Of a stretch of 64,000 nt of DNA, positions 1-12,157 are shown in pieces. Position 1 is the first letter of the stretch; each line of letters opens with the position of its first letter. Origin of the DNA: Diplonema japonicum (taxonomy: Eukaryota > Protista > Euglenozoa: Diplonemea); assembly GCA_964019335.1 (NCBI GenBank), contig OZ025714.1:310001-374000 (forward strand), in the 5' to 3' direction. The notes under the pieces were generated by a model, which had not been told where the DNA came from, did not search any database, and saw nothing but the letters and a program-made list of their open reading frames with translations. The position numbers were made by a program, and so were the translations under genes.

Positions 1-1
1 C

Positions 2-832
2 CCCTGACATGGACGCGTTCACCATCCCCCCATTGTCCGTCGTGAAGATCATTAGCGTGTTGTCCCACAACCCGAGGTCCTTGTACATGTTCACGAGCTC
101 TCCTGTTGCATTGTCCGCAGCGTTCATCATATTGCAGTATATCTGCCTCCCTGTGGGGGACACATTGCTGCACAGGGGGTTCACCGTAGGCGGGTTCTCA
201 AGCGGGATGTGGATGTTCTGGTGTGCAAAGTACAGGAAGCTCGGGCTGTTCCCGTCCACGATCATCTGGAGGTACTCCTTCGCCTTCTTCATGAAGGCGT
301 CGATGGAGTACTCCCCGACGGGTACCGAGGCCGTCTTGTCTAGCCAGAAGTCGTACCCCTTCACATCCTTGAAGGCTACCGTGTGGTTGTAGTAGTCGCC
401 CATTGCCTGCATGTAGCCCAGGTAGTGCTGGAAACCGCGTTCAGTAGGAGTCTGTGCCCACTGTGAGTAGCCGCAGTGCCATTTCCCGATCATGTATGTG
501 GCGTAGCCGCTGTTGCGGAGGTACTCGGGAAGGGTGTTGACGTCAAGCGGGATTCCAGCCTTGCTCCCAGGCATTACCGTGTCCATGTGCTGCATCCCCG
601 TGTTAAAGGGGTACCTCCCTGTCATGAAGGAGGACCTTGTTGGGCTGCACACGGGTTGTGTGTAGTACCTCGCGAGCTTGATCCCCGTCTTGGCGAGGTT
701 GTCGATGTTGGGGGACGGCAGGTTGCCCCCTTGGTACCCTACATCCGCCCACCCAAGGTCGTCCACAGCCAGCATCAGGATGTGCGGCTGCACACTCAAC
801 GCAGCAGCGAAACAGAGAACCGACATCATCAT
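2..832 (-). CDS. Arylsulfatase B-like sulfatase (3' end runs off the window)
   Basis: My translation of the minus strand (absent from the ORF track) reads MMMSVLCFAAALSVQPHILMLAVDDLGWADVGY...YYTQPVCSPTRSSFMTGRYP...IGKWHCG...TTDNGG. It has the sulfatase CxPxR formylglycine motif, DDLG and GKWH, plus a signal-peptide-like N-terminus. The ATG follows an A-run. Confidence 0.93.
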   Translation of the reverse strand, partial: MMMSVLCFAAALSVQPHILMLAVDDLGWADVGYQGGNLPSPNIDNLAKTGIKLARYYTQPVCSPTRSSFMTGRYPFNTGMQHMDTVMPGSKAGIPLDVNTLPEYLRNSGYATYMIGKWHCGYSQWAQTPTERGFQHYLGYMQAMGDYYNHTVAFKDVKGYDFWLDKTASVPVGEYSIDAFMKKAKEYLQMIVDGNSPSFLYFAHQNIHIPLENPPTVNPLCSNVSPTGRQIYCNMMNAADNATGELVNMYKDLGLWDNTLMIFTTDNGGMVNASMSG

Positions 833-896
833 TTTTTTTTTTTTCTTCTTCTCAGCAAATCACCTTTCCAGGAAATTTAGTTCAGTGCAAACGAGC

Positions 897-929
897 CTTT
901 AGAAGAAAAAAAAAAAGGGAAAAAAAAAA
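897..929 (-). promoter_or_regulatory. Putative spliced-leader trans-splice acceptor (poly-U tract plus AG) of the sulfatase gene
   Basis: Minus strand ttttttttttcccttttttttttttcttctaaAG about 65 nt upstream of the ATG. Confidence 0.5.
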
Positions 930-1127
930 TAGGGGGGAGTGAAACTCGTTCGTTAACTGGTGGGCCTCTCGGCCCTCTTAGCACTCAGCGTTAACTCTGT
1001 TTTACTACGAAACCGATGACGACGCAATAGTGGGGTTGATCCCCCCCCTTTTTTTTCCTTTTGTAAAAAAGGGAAATAGGGGGGAGAGAAGAAGGAAAAA
1101 AAAAAGAAGAAAGCTCGAGAATCCCAA

Positions 1128-2900
1128 TCACAACATCCCTTTTTTCCTGCACCATATTGAGGTCCGGAGAGGCTTCGGTTGTTTTTTCACAGAACGCTCC
1201 ACAGCACCGCACTCCCCGGGAGGTTCTTCCTCCGTGGTGTTCAGGAAGCTGCTGAAGTCTTGCGACGGGATGGCGAAGGTCGCCTGGTCTTCCATTTCTT
1301 TATCCGCCGAAAATTCTTTTTTGTTTTCGGGAACCTGGTTGCTCGAAGGCAGAGGTGTGGAGACAACGAGCTTCCTACGCAAGCCTGCATACTTCAAGGC
1401 GAATAAACGTTCGAGTGAAGTAACAGGTTCAAAACAGTTCGGGCAATGTGAGAACTTATTATCTTGCACAGCACAGAAGAGGCAAACACTCACATGCCCG
1501 CAAGGTAGAAAAATCGCGTCCACCTCGTTGCCGCAAACGCCGCACGGTTCTGACACACGGGAAACGTTTGCCCTTGTTTTTTTAACCACGTTTCGGATAC
1601 GTTTCAGGTTGCCTACTAAATTGAACCCAATTGATTTTTCAGGCTCCTTCCACATGATGCAACCGCTAGCTGTTGGGTCATATAAGCGGTTGGTGACCTC
1701 TTGCTCGTGCTGCCATTTCTGATCCAGCATTACATCTGCGAACTGGCTTGGATCGTAATCCCCTTGCATGAAATGCCTCCCAACCGAGATCCCGAAATAA
1801 TTCCCGGTGTACGCTTTTTCTTTCGGCTGAACCGTTCTTTCGGAGAGGGATGCTATGATGCTTGGAATTTGAAACCGAAAAAAATGGTTTTTTTTAATGG
1901 TCTCGCTGCAGGAATCGCTGGATCCACCGAAGATGAATAATGACGACGTGTGTAAACAGGATGAAGAATGGCCTGTTATACGGTAGCCTCTGGGGGAGGG
2001 GATCAACCTCCAGGATTGTTTTTCAATGTCGAAATAATACACGTCGCCGAGCTCCGTGTCTAAAAAACGAGATTTGTAAGTGGAGGTTCCACCAAAGATT
2101 ATGAAACCAGCTCCGAAGACGGTTAAGGAGTGTCCCCTTCTGGGCCTCGGTCGTTCGTCTGTCATGAGATCTGATTTCCTCCAAAACCCATTGTCCTCCA
2201 CTAAGCTTGCCACGTCGATCGTGAAAATTTTATTCGTATCGATAACGGTGTCGCCCCTTGCAACACCACCACCCATGATATACAGAAAACCATCGATAAT
2301 ACAGGAGGTGTGGTACCATCTTGGATCTGGTGCGTTGTTCGGGTGTACCTCCCGCCACGATCCCGTTCCTATGTGGTAGACCCATGTGTCGTTGAGTTGC
2401 CCTTGCGGGCCTTTGCCACCGTGTAATATTAGGTATGTTTCTTCGTAAATGTCAAGGGTGTGTCCCAGCCTTCTTGGGGGTAGGTGGCCTGGATGCATTT
2501 TGCTCCATGTCAGCGGTCTTCTCATCAAATCGAGCTGATGCATATCGTTGAGTTCCCCGTTCTCACCCATACCCCCGAACAGTACAAGAACTTCGTCGGA
2601 CCGTTTCACCAATGCGTGGCCTGCACGGGGCACAGGGGGGTTTGCGTCGTTTAGCCGTTCCCATCCTGTTTTTCTCTCGTATTTCCAAAGGTCGTTTTTG
2701 TAGTAAGGTGTCCTGCCTTCGATCACAACACCGCCGAAGAGATGCAGAGTCTCACCGTCTGAGGCGACCTTGTGGTTCACCCGTCTGTCGGGTGCCTTGC
2801 CTGAAATGGGTTGGATTTGTATCGCGGCGGAGCGCTCGGCAGCTTTTTTTCTGGTTGCTGCGTGCCAGGACTCGTAGGGGTCTTTGGTGTTGTCTTCCAT
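1128..2900 (-). CDS. Kelch-repeat beta-propeller plus C3HC4 RING finger protein (putative E3 ligase)
   Basis: 590-aa ORF with repeated R.GH...LFGG/HGG...W Kelch units and a RING, CGVC...FLPCGHVSVCLFC...CPNC. Confidence 0.88.
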   Translation of the reverse strand: MEDNTKDPYESWHAATRKKAAERSAAIQIQPISGKAPDRRVNHKVASDGETLHLFGGVVIEGRTPYYKNDLWKYERKTGWERLNDANPPVPRAGHALVKRSDEVLVLFGGMGENGELNDMHQLDLMRRPLTWSKMHPGHLPPRRLGHTLDIYEETYLILHGGKGPQGQLNDTWVYHIGTGSWREVHPNNAPDPRWYHTSCIIDGFLYIMGGGVARGDTVIDTNKIFTIDVASLVEDNGFWRKSDLMTDERPRPRRGHSLTVFGAGFIIFGGTSTYKSRFLDTELGDVYYFDIEKQSWRLIPSPRGYRITGHSSSCLHTSSLFIFGGSSDSCSETIKKNHFFRFQIPSIIASLSERTVQPKEKAYTGNYFGISVGRHFMQGDYDPSQFADVMLDQKWQHEQEVTNRLYDPTASGCIMWKEPEKSIGFNLVGNLKRIRNVVKKTRANVSRVSEPCGVCGNEVDAIFLPCGHVSVCLFCAVQDNKFSHCPNCFEPVTSLERLFALKYAGLRRKLVVSTPLPSSNQVPENKKEFSADKEMEDQATFAIPSQDFSSFLNTTEEEPPGECGAVERSVKKQPKPLRTSIWCRKKGML

Positions 2901-3319
2901 TTCTCCCCCACTTTTTTTTTTCTATTTTTATATATAAAAGGTTTTTCTCCTTTCTTCCCAACCCTGGGAGATAAGGATGCAAAAAGAAAAAAAAAAGGAA
3001 GAAAAAAAAAAGGTTTTCTTTTTTTAAAAGTATGCGTTTTTGCGTTCACCTTCGGCCTTCTTGTGCTCAGTCCCCGGTGTCCCCGTTCTGCGGGCTTTGG
3101 TGGGTGCCGACTGCGGGGGCATCAGTCGAACAAAATCAAAAAAAAGAGAGAGAGAAAAGCACGAGGTGTTAAAAGACGCCACAAGAGGAAACAAAAAGAA
3201 AGAGGGAAAAAAAGAAAAAAAAACGTGATCGCAAAATCCCGATAGATGCTAGGGCCCCATTTTTGTGGTCAAATGCAAATCAAATCGTTAACCGGAGAAT
3301 CCCCCCCCCACCCCACCGT

Positions 3320-3748
3320 TTAAAAACCTTCTGGAGCCCGCCTGACACGCCTCTTTACAGAACTGGGAGGAAGCGTGCATTGCTCTGTTTTACCGAAAAC
3401 CTTATATCTCACAGCCGCAACGCAGTCGTAGGCAATATCGCGTAGCGGGGAGGGGATGCAAGTGAGGTACGAAAGCCCAGACCATGGCCTTGAGAGATAC
3501 CCACAGGTTCTCAAGATAGCTGTGGACTTGGTGTAGCACTCCCCGATGTCGCCTTCCTCTGCCTTTTCTATCATCACAACCGTGCTTAGGTCCATCGGCT
3601 GCTTGTACTTTTCGAGGAGGGCCTGCCCCTCGTCCGACTGCTGTGTCTCATAGCACATCACCCCATTCACATCTCTAGCAGCAACGAACTGTACTGTCAT
3701 GTTGCACATTGCACAGTCACCATCCACCAGTAACACTACCTGCGGCAT
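3320..3748 (-). CDS. DCC-family thiol-disulfide oxidoreductase (DUF393/DCC1-like)
   Basis: MPQVVLLVDGDCAMCN (DGxCxxC) and LRDIAYDCVAAVRYKVFG. Start reset to the ATG at 3748 after the A-rich leader. Confidence 0.88.
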   Translation of the reverse strand: MPQVVLLVDGDCAMCNMTVQFVAARDVNGVMCYETQQSDEGQALLEKYKQPMDLSTVVMIEKAEEGDIGECYTKSTAILRTCGYLSRPWSGLSYLTCIPSPLRDIAYDCVAAVRYKVFGKTEQCTLPPSSVKRRVRRAPEGF

Positions 3749-3977
3749 ACTACTTTGTTTCCCCCCTTTTTTTTTTTTTTTCCTTTCTTTTTTTTTTGTG
3801 TGTGTTTTTTTCCCTCTCAAAATCTGATTAAAAAAAGAGAGTACTAAGGCAAGGACGATGAGGGTGGGAGAAAAGTTTTTATCAAACACAAAGTGGAAGT
3901 GTGGAGGGGGGGGGGGGGAACCCACCTCCTCTTTCCATACATTTTTTCTCTCTCCCCTCCCTTACTGTCCCCGCTTT

Positions 3978-4637
3978 CTAATTCTTGTGCAGCGTCAGAC
4001 TGCATCCAAGAGGGTTGTAAACTGACATGGCACCGCTGTTTTTTTTTTTTTTTTTTCCAAAATATATCAATAGTTATTATTGAACATACCAGCATCGGTA
4101 GGTACCAGTAGCTGGGTCCGACTCGTCAGGGTGGTACCGACAAAGAGGAGCAGATTCGGTGTTGGTGGGGGGGTTAAACTTCCTTGAGCATCGGGAGCAG
4201 GCCTTATGAGTTTTGTCCCTCTTCCATTTAATGCGCCTCAAGAGCTCACCGTTGTCCGCGTATTCCTCAAGGTAGATACCGCCCTCCTTCACAAGAGCAA
4301 AGAAGCCTTTACGAACTCCCATTACCCAATTACCGTAGTAAATAGAGTCGCCCTGTGTAATCATACCAGGGCCATCAGCAACACCCTGGTTCCAGTTGCT
4401 GCAAGCGTGCAGCAACCCAATATGGTGTTCGAGGACCCCCCACCCTTTAGGAACACCGTCGTATGCTAGCCCTGAGTATTTTTGGTCTTTGCCGAAGGCG
4501 AGGCCGTTCACTTCTTCACAGGACTGCCATTCCCTCCCGATGTACATAGGGGACGAGATGTTGTATGGGGGTGCATTCATTTGGATATCGAGGGCTTTCT
4601 TTGCCACTGCGACAGGATCGTCTTCGGGGTTCGACAT
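3978..4637 (-). CDS. MORN-repeat protein with C-terminal Btk-type Zn-finger-like motif; 2 exons (intron 4036-4089)
   Basis: MORN-like YYGNWVMGVRKGFF units. Removing the 54-nt GTATGT...AAAACAG intron gives CSRC...CRYHP...TYRCCGAMSVYNPLGCSLTLHKN*. Confidence 0.75.
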
Positions 4638-4867
4638 TTTCTTTTTCCTTTTTTTTTTTTTCCCTTTTTTTTTTTTTTCCACCCCCTTTTTTTTTGTTGG
4701 CACCACAGGATTAATGTTTAAAAAAAAAAAAAAAAGAGGGGAAACAAAAAAATCTTTTTTTTCTTCGTTCATCCCGGTTACTCATATACACGATACAAAA
4801 AAAAAAAAAAAAAAAAGAAATCTAGGGGGTAAAAAAAAAAAAAAAAAAGAAAGAATTATTGTTGTGG

Positions 4868-7823
4868 TCACCACATAGTTCCGAAGGGAGGGTAACCAGG
4901 TGCCGCCCGAACGTTTTTGAAATCCTTCGGGTTCATTACGGGAATGACAAGAGCAGGGCGCTCCCTCTGCGGGGACTTGTGTCTGTCGATATCGTGAGTC
5001 GGCTGCACCACAGTGTCGGGTGCGAGCGTCGTGATAAGAGGCGCCTCCAGAGTGGTTTTAAGAGAGAGGTTCTCCGCACGAAGCCGGTTGATCTCCTCTT
5101 CAAGATCATGCTCCCGAGAGCTAGTCCTCGGCGAGGGAGGAGGAAGAGGCACATTGCAACGTGCGGGGGCTCCAAACCCGTCTTCGACGTCGCTCAAAGG
5201 AGACAGCTCCCGCATCCTTCTCGGACTGATTTTATCACACTCATATGGGGCAACGCGTGTTACCATTCTCTTCTGCACGACCGTGGCCATGTCCCTGCTG
5301 CATATCTTCGGTGGGGATCTCACAACTATTTCCGACGGCATGGATCTACTCTCCAGCATGACGGTCTTCATCTCGCTGTGCGGCTTCCTTCTTGGTGTGT
5401 TGTAGAAGTTTCTTGGGGATGCGACACTGACCAGCATTCTCGGGGGGGGTGGGGGCCCGCCTTTGTCCAATGGGTCTAGTTCCAAGCCGTCCCCCATTGT
5501 CAATTCATACTTTTCTTGTAAAGTATCCGGCTTGACTGTCGGCGGGACAAGACCAATACCTCTTTGTGTTCCCACTGATAGTTTCGGTACCGCGCCTATC
5601 GCCACCGTTCTCCTAGCTTCGTCCTCCCTTTGGTTTTCCTTCTCGAAAGGTTGTGGTTGAGTTTCATAAGGTAAAATGCTAGCTGCCGAATGGACCGACT
5701 GGTGTGGGGTGAAAATGTCTGGAGCACCTGTGGGTTTCCCACCGCCACCACCACCGCCGGACGCGATGCTTTCCACCATTTCAGCGGACGGGAATTGATT
5801 TTTGTCGAAGAAATCGTTTGAAAGTATTCCATGACGGTCAAGCTGTTCGTCAGGAGGGTGGGACTGATCGCCTAGTTTTTTACTGGAATGCCTTCGCGGT
5901 CTTGAAGGAAGGTGTCGTGAGGGGCCTGCCATGGGAGTCGATGCCCGTGGTGTCCTTGCAGGCTCCATCATGTTCTGGAGGCAGCCCGGCCCTGGTGCGC
6001 TCTTCGCCAGCTTGTCCGACTCGGTACTCTCGTTCAGATTGATGAACGATGAGATTTGGCTTTCCGACGCGTTCAGCTTTTTGGTTTCTTCGTCTCGTTT
6101 GATGGACATCACCAGTTTCTGTGTGTGTTTTTTTTTCCCCCCCCTTTTTTTTCTTGTTTGAGAACGCACCTTCACAGCTTCCGTCGTAGCCACAGCACCC
6201 GCAATGCTAAGGTCGCTCCGTGCGATGCTTTCCATGATGGCGGGGTCGGAGTGCGAGAATCTTTTTTTTTTTTTTTGTTGCTGTTGTATTTGTTTCTACT
6301 CTACATACCTATCGGACACATTCGACGGGGAGTCCAACATGCTTCCCTGGCCCATCTCATCGCCAACCTTTTTTTTTTTTTTTTTTTTTTTTTCTATTAC
6401 AGTTTTTCTATAAAACTCATACCGGGTGGTCGACTTGAGGCAGTGTTTTCTGCCGTCGAACCCCTCTAGCCGGGATTGCCTTCGACGGCCCCGACTCTCC
6501 TTGCGTCGGGTGCAGGTGTGTGGAGGAAGACCTGCTCAGCCCTGCAACAGGAGGGTTCCCCAGCGAGTCATGATCGGAGGAGTCAGTCGTTTGTTTGAAA
6601 CGGTCTTCAGAGTGGTATTCAAGAGGCTCCTCGTTGGGACGGAGCTTTACGGGAAGCATTTTTTGCGTTCTCGGGCTGCGAGACTTCATATCTTTTTTAA
6701 TAGGTGACACCAAGTCAGGCCCCGCTTCAGACCGCGGTGTCAAGGGAGCAGACGCAGGCGCCGACGCCGGCAATGTTTCATCGTATTCGCCTGAAATCGC
6801 ACTTGGGGTTAACGTACCATAACGCCCGCTTCGGAGGGAATGTGCAACGGCGGTCAAGTCTGGAACAAAAGTGTCAGATGTTGATGAGAGGAGCGCAGAA
6901 CGTTCCATACTGCGCCGAAGAACAGGGCCTGCCTGCTCGGAGGGCTCGGGTATCTCAATCTGCAAATCATTCACAAGATCGCCGCCCATCCGCGGACGGT
7001 AGTACCACTGCGTGTTAATATTGTAAGCCTCCACAGAGGTGTACACGGCCACAGACACCACACAGCCTGCAAAACCACAGATAAAATTACAGGATTCCCG
7101 CAGTAAAATGTTCCTCAATCTCATGCGAGGCGATTTCGTCACCACTACAGGCGGAAATGAATTCGTGGAAGACTGCGGCGATCGTGGTGTTTCTGGAGCA
7201 GATTCCCTTCCTATGTAGCTTCCATGGGTCTGCGTCCCGACAATGCACAATGAGAGGGGAAGGGTTGGAATGAGTGAGGGAAGATGCCGTCTCATGGAAC
7301 GCGGTGACGGTTCATAGTCCAGATCGCCTTCGAAGAAGTCGGGTGATTCATCGAAGAATATTTTCAGTTTTGTGAAGTACCTCATGAGCAGTTTCCCGTG
7401 GATGCCGAGGAGGAGCACGCTGACAGCCTTTTGTTGGATTGCTTGGAGTTTTCTTTCCGCGGTTGATTTATTTCTCGGGCTTGTTAGGCCGTGCCGTCTC
7501 GGCGACACCAAGACCCGTTTTGGAGAAGCCGGAGGAAGCGTTTGCGGGGTAGAAATGGTCGGAATAATCCTTCTTGGCGATGTGTACCGATCCACATCAA
7601 AGCTCCGTGGTGCTGGGGACATTTTTGGGACATATTTGAACGGAGTCGGGCTTATCAAGCCCGCATCGCAGCATAGTGGTCTGCCTATACCCGGGGACAT
7701 TACCTCTATGCCATGTCCTGCGTCTATAAACCCATCCAGGAGGGAGTTCGTGGCCAAACACCTCACCACGATTCCCGAAGGAGAAGGCGGATCTAAGCTT
7801 TGATGGTCTATTGACACCACCAT
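4868..7823 (-). CDS. Large low-complexity Ser/Pro/Arg-rich hypothetical protein; 4 exons (introns 6368-6422, 6261-6308, 6119-6169)
   Basis: ORFs 6417..7823 and 4868..6235 join in frame through a 59-nt exon (6309-6367) using GT-AG introns. A third in-frame 51-nt intron removes a poly-Lys stretch. Many SPR motifs and a short coiled coil. Confidence 0.75.
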
Positions 7824-8333
7824 TGGGGCATTGTGTGTTTTTTTTTTATTTTATTCTATTTTTTTATTGAAGAATTATGATGAGGGGGGGGGAAAGAAAA
7901 AAAAATCCAACAATTTTTTTAAAAAAAAAAAAAAAAAAAAACCACCGGGCTAGAAGAGAAAAAGAAACTGGGTTGAAAGTATGGGGGGGGGTTTTTTTTT
8001 TAAAAAAAGAGGGGAGAAAATGGGTTTAAAAAAAAAAGAAGTTTTTTTTTTTAAAAAAGAGAGAAAAGAGTTGTACGTGCCGGGCAGAAACCTCGGAGGA
8101 AGCTATTTTCAACCCGTAAACGCGTTTGCCAAAACGTCCCCCCCCCTTTTTTTTGTTTAAACAAAAAAGTAAACAACTTATTCTTGCAAAGAAAAAAAGA
8201 GAAAAAAAAGAAAAGGGGGAGGGAAAAAATGTACTTAGAAGGATTTTGTTTTCCCTTCTTTTTTTTTTTTCCCCACCAGAGGTCAACGAAAAAGTAAAAA
8301 TAAATATTAGGTTCGCGGTTTTCGCGCTCACTA

Positions 8334-8374
<41 letters not shown>

Positions 8375-8499
8375 TCTTTTTTTTTTCTTTCTTTTTTTTT
8401 TTTGTGGATCAATAAAATAAAATAAATAAAACTTTAAAAAAAAAGCGGGCACACCAATAGATAGGTAAGGGTATGTGTATGAAAAATGCGGTGCCAACA

Positions 8500-8542
<43 letters not shown>

Positions 8543-8544
8543 CT

Positions 8545-10281
8545 TTAAATCTCAAGAGAAGGTTCGTCCACCCATTTTTCAACATCTTCACGCGTTATCA
8601 CTCTAAACTTCCCACCATCCTTCACGGATTTTCCATGTAAATCACCAGCAGAAACGAACCCCCACATCGCACTCTTCTCCTTCGTGTACAATTCATCATC
8701 GTCGTCCATTATAGAAGAAAAAACCTGCTGGTGCTTAACAGACAATCTCTGAAGAATGTCGGTGATGGTTCCGTGGCTCTCCAATGTGAGGGCGAATTCT
8801 TCGACAGCTTTCCATTTCATGTTGAAACAAGAATCGGCGACCGCATCCTCATAGAATTTGTCTAACCAATCCTGCAATTCCTCCTCTGGGAACGAATGAA
8901 CTTGCAGGTACGTCCTGACACAGTGAAGAGGAACCTTCAACAATGCTCCGTTCACATCCGAAATATTCGGTACATTTGCGTGGAAGGAGTTTTGACCGAC
9001 ATTGACGTAATGCCAAATGGGCCATTTCCCTCGATCGGTGTTCGATTTCGCCAACGGTATTGGCCTTGAAAACTGGCTTGGGGAAACGTTCCTCGCCTTC
9101 GCTTGCTCCTCCGTCAGCGAGTAGTCATTCACAAATTGCGTCAAAAGCATCTCAGCCGCCGTCTCAGCAATGTCAAAAGCCTGCTCCGACTCACCAAAAT
9201 CGTTCGCACCCGACCATACTTTTCCGCCTTTTTTCTTATTCAACGAATTGATCGCTTTCATCGTCAGCGTGTCCGACGGGCGAAGGACACAAGTATCAAG
9301 ATCAACAACATTTCCAGTTAATTTTTTCATTTTCCCAACACCTTTATCAGCGCTGTACCCGCTTGGATCGCCGTTGAAGAGCTTGTCCTGCATTTCTGTG
9401 TAGATTAAAGATCCGTTCGCCACGAGGTTTCTAAGCCCTGCGATTGATAAAACTTTCCGTCTGTGGATCGACTGGTCCTTAACGTTGGCGAAGTACGACG
9501 GGACGGGGGCTCCCGTGCGGAGTGCGGGGGAACAGTGGTCTTGTTTCGTGTACCCGTACATTCTTTTATATCTCTCGGTTGAGAATGTCAGTAAAATGTG
9601 GTCGTAGACCTTCTCAACATCCTTGACGAATTCCAAGGGGAACGCTGGGACTTTCTTCATCCTGCCCGTTTCGCTCTCGGATTTGGCAAGCGTTTCGTCG
9701 TACTCATCGATTGCCTTTAGAATCTTCGTGATGTTCACAAAAGTTTTCAAACTTGGAATTTCAATGTCGGTGTAGAGATCTGGGTCCCCGCCGCTTGCGT
9801 TGGATTTCTTCCCTTTTTTCCCACCGTGGGAACTACGTGCTATGAACCGCTGGTGTTTTTTCGCCTCTCTTCGTTCGATTCTTTCCTTCCTGACTGAACA
9901 TTGTTCCTGCGCTTCTTCCGCGTACGCTGCGAAGGCACCTGCAATGTCAACACTTTCTACATCAAGGTCAGCTTCCATCCAATCTCCCAAGAACGCGGTC
10001 AACAGCTCCTCAACCTTCATTTTCTCCTTGAACTCCATCACAGCCTGTTCTTGTTGCGATAGTTCTCTTGGTAGGTCTTCGTCGTCTTGTTGGTCGAAGG
10101 AAGGTGGAGGGCTGCTGGGGGGGCTCATGGCCTTGAACATCCTCCCATAATACTCCCTTCCCTTCTCGATTTTCTCCTTGGTGGTCTCCTCCTGCTGCTC
10201 CCCGTTCATCCCGAGTAATGTGGTGAGCTTCCCAAACCACCGTGATGTTGGTTGTTGCTGGTCTTCATGTGAACCCGACAT
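8545..10281 (-). CDS. Hypothetical protein (578 aa)
   Basis: Long clean ORF with an A-run before the ATG. No family recognised. Confidence 0.8.
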   Translation of the reverse strand: MSGSHEDQQQPTSRWFGKLTTLLGMNGEQQEETTKEKIEKGREYYGRMFKAMSPPSSPPPSFDQQDDEDLPRELSQQEQAVMEFKEKMKVEELLTAFLGDWMEADLDVESVDIAGAFAAYAEEAQEQCSVRKERIERREAKKHQRFIARSSHGGKKGKKSNASGGDPDLYTDIEIPSLKTFVNITKILKAIDEYDETLAKSESETGRMKKVPAFPLEFVKDVEKVYDHILLTFSTERYKRMYGYTKQDHCSPALRTGAPVPSYFANVKDQSIHRRKVLSIAGLRNLVANGSLIYTEMQDKLFNGDPSGYSADKGVGKMKKLTGNVVDLDTCVLRPSDTLTMKAINSLNKKKGGKVWSGANDFGESEQAFDIAETAAEMLLTQFVNDYSLTEEQAKARNVSPSQFSRPIPLAKSNTDRGKWPIWHYVNVGQNSFHANVPNISDVNGALLKVPLHCVRTYLQVHSFPEEELQDWLDKFYEDAVADSCFNMKWKAVEEFALTLESHGTITDILQRLSVKHQQVFSSIMDDDDELYTKEKSAMWGFVSAGDLHGKSVKDGGKFRVITREDVEKWVDEPSLEI

Positions 10282-10423
10282 GTTTTTTTTTTTCTTTTTT
10301 TTTTCTTCTTTTTATTTTCTTCAAAGACATTAGGGAAAATGAAAAATATAAGGGGGGGGGGAAAAAAAAATGATGCTGATAAGGGGAGAGTGGGGGGAAG
10401 AAAAAAAAATCTTTTTTTTTTCT

Positions 10424-11977
10424 TCACGAAACAATTTTTTTCTTTTTCTTCACGGTTTTTTTTACAAGTTTTTTCTTCGCCGGTTCGACAGGCTGCGTTT
10501 CCTGCGTGGCCTCGCGCCGCGCTTTCTTGTGCTGCGTCACGTCCCAGTGGTCCTGTATCTCTTGCTGTATCTCGCGTTTCATGTTCCGCTTGACCTTATT
10601 GTCTTCTGCCTCGCGGAGTCGGTCTCCAAATCGCTGGTTTATGGACAGCTTCGCACGTGTACGCGCTGCAATGACCACATCCAGGAGATTGGTGCAAGCG
10701 GCATCGTTGACCTTTACCTCGGAGAGTTTCTTGTCGATGTGGCGTTCAATTTTGTGGAGGTTTTTGATGTCTTGCGGAGTGACAAGGGTGAGGGCTGTAC
10801 CCGACCTCCCAGCACGGGCGGTTCGCCCGGCTCTGTGAACATACGTTTTGCTCAGTTTCGGTAAATCATAATTCACCACCAGATCGACCTTTGGAATGTC
10901 CAGACCACGCGACGCGACATCCGTCGCCACCAATATCTTCGCACGGCCGACCTTGAACAAGCTCAAGTTCTCCATCCTCGTCTTCTGCTCCAACAACGAG
11001 TTTATGCTCACAACGGGCAACCCGAGCTCCTGCAGCGTCAGCCGGACAACCTCGCATTCTCGACAGCTTGCTGCGAAGATCATGGCGGACTTCCATGGGA
11101 TCTGCTTGCAACCCTCCATGACATGCGAAAGATAGCACAGCTTCACCTGTTGAGGCATGAACAGGTATGATTCGGTTAAATTGTCTGCGGAGGTGTAGAT
11201 GCCTTCTTCGGTCTCCCCGGTGTCAATGACGGAGAAAGGTTTTGCGTCCCATTTCAGACGTTTCAAAGCGCCGGACGTGGCGAGGGCGGTGGCCGACAAC
11301 GTCGCGGAGAACAACAGAAGCTGGTATTTAATCTTTTTAAAAAGATCCAGAATGTCGTCCATGGTGTCCTCAAAGGATTCGTCGAGCAACCTGTCCGCCT
11401 CGTCAAGGACAAGATACCTCATCTTCCTGAAGAACAGCAACGTGTTATGAACCTGAAGCGTGTCCCTGAGCCTCCCGGGTGTCGCCACTACAATTGGAGG
11501 ACGTTTCTCAAGCTCTCTTTGTTGCGGTTGGTTCTCCACCCCTCCTATAAGGGTTACTACGTGTACTGAAAACCTCGACCCGAATATTCGAAATTGGTCG
11601 GAAACCTGCATAGTAATCTCCCTTGTCGGGGTGATGCAGCAAGCGTACACACCATACGGATCTTTGGCGAGGTTTTGTATAATGGGAAGTGCGTATGCGG
11701 CTGTTTTACCGCTTCCTGTGCAAGCTGTCGCGCAGACGTCCTTCCCGTTCAGGATCACTGGTATCCCCCGTGCTTGCACTTCTGTTGGTTTTATGATGCT
11801 GAGGTCACTTGCTGTTTTCACGAGCCAGTCTACAACTCCGAGTTCTTTAAAGGTTTCCGCGTCTTCATTTTTCTCTTCTTTTTCATTTTCCGGTACCGCC
11901 TTGTCATTCTCATTCTCGGTGGTTTTGGCTGCTGCTGCTGGTGGCGGTGCACCCCATAGTAACATGCTTGAATCCAT
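10424..11977 (-). CDS. DBP8: DEAD-box RNA helicase, DBP8/DDX49-like (18S rRNA biogenesis)
   Basis: Q motif PTEVQ, GSGKT, LAKDPYGVYA (DBP8/DDX49-typical), PTRE, TPGR, DEAD, SAT, RGLDIP, HRAGRTARAGR. Start at MDSSM (11977). Confidence 0.88.
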   Translation of the reverse strand: MDSSMLLWGAPPPAAAAKTTENENDKAVPENEKEEKNEDAETFKELGVVDWLVKTASDLSIIKPTEVQARGIPVILNGKDVCATACTGSGKTAAYALPIIQNLAKDPYGVYACCITPTREITMQVSDQFRIFGSRFSVHVVTLIGGVENQPQQRELEKRPPIVVATPGRLRDTLQVHNTLLFFRKMRYLVLDEADRLLDESFEDTMDDILDLFKKIKYQLLLFSATLSATALATSGALKRLKWDAKPFSVIDTGETEEGIYTSADNLTESYLFMPQQVKLCYLSHVMEGCKQIPWKSAMIFAASCRECEVVRLTLQELGLPVVSINSLLEQKTRMENLSLFKVGRAKILVATDVASRGLDIPKVDLVVNYDLPKLSKTYVHRAGRTARAGRSGTALTLVTPQDIKNLHKIERHIDKKLSEVKVNDAACTNLLDVVIAARTRAKLSINQRFGDRLREAEDNKVKRNMKREIQQEIQDHWDVTQHKKARREATQETQPVEPAKKKLVKKTVKKKKKIVS

Positions 11978-12157
11978 TTTTTTCCCCTCTTTTTTTTCCC
12001 CCTCTCTCCCCTCCCCCCCCGTTCTTATAGTGTGCTTATTGTTGTGGATACGAAGGAGGGGGGAAAAGAAAGAAGAAGAAAAAAAAAAGCAAGAGGGGGG
12101 GGGAAAAAATAACACACTATATATGTCATATTTTTTTTCTCCCTTTTCTTTTACACA

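Noticed and set aside
8026-8500. Poly-Lys/poly-Phe ORFs in spacers, and N-terminal extensions of several ORFs
   Set aside because: They are translations of A/T homopolymer tracts, so starts were reset to the ATG after the A-run.
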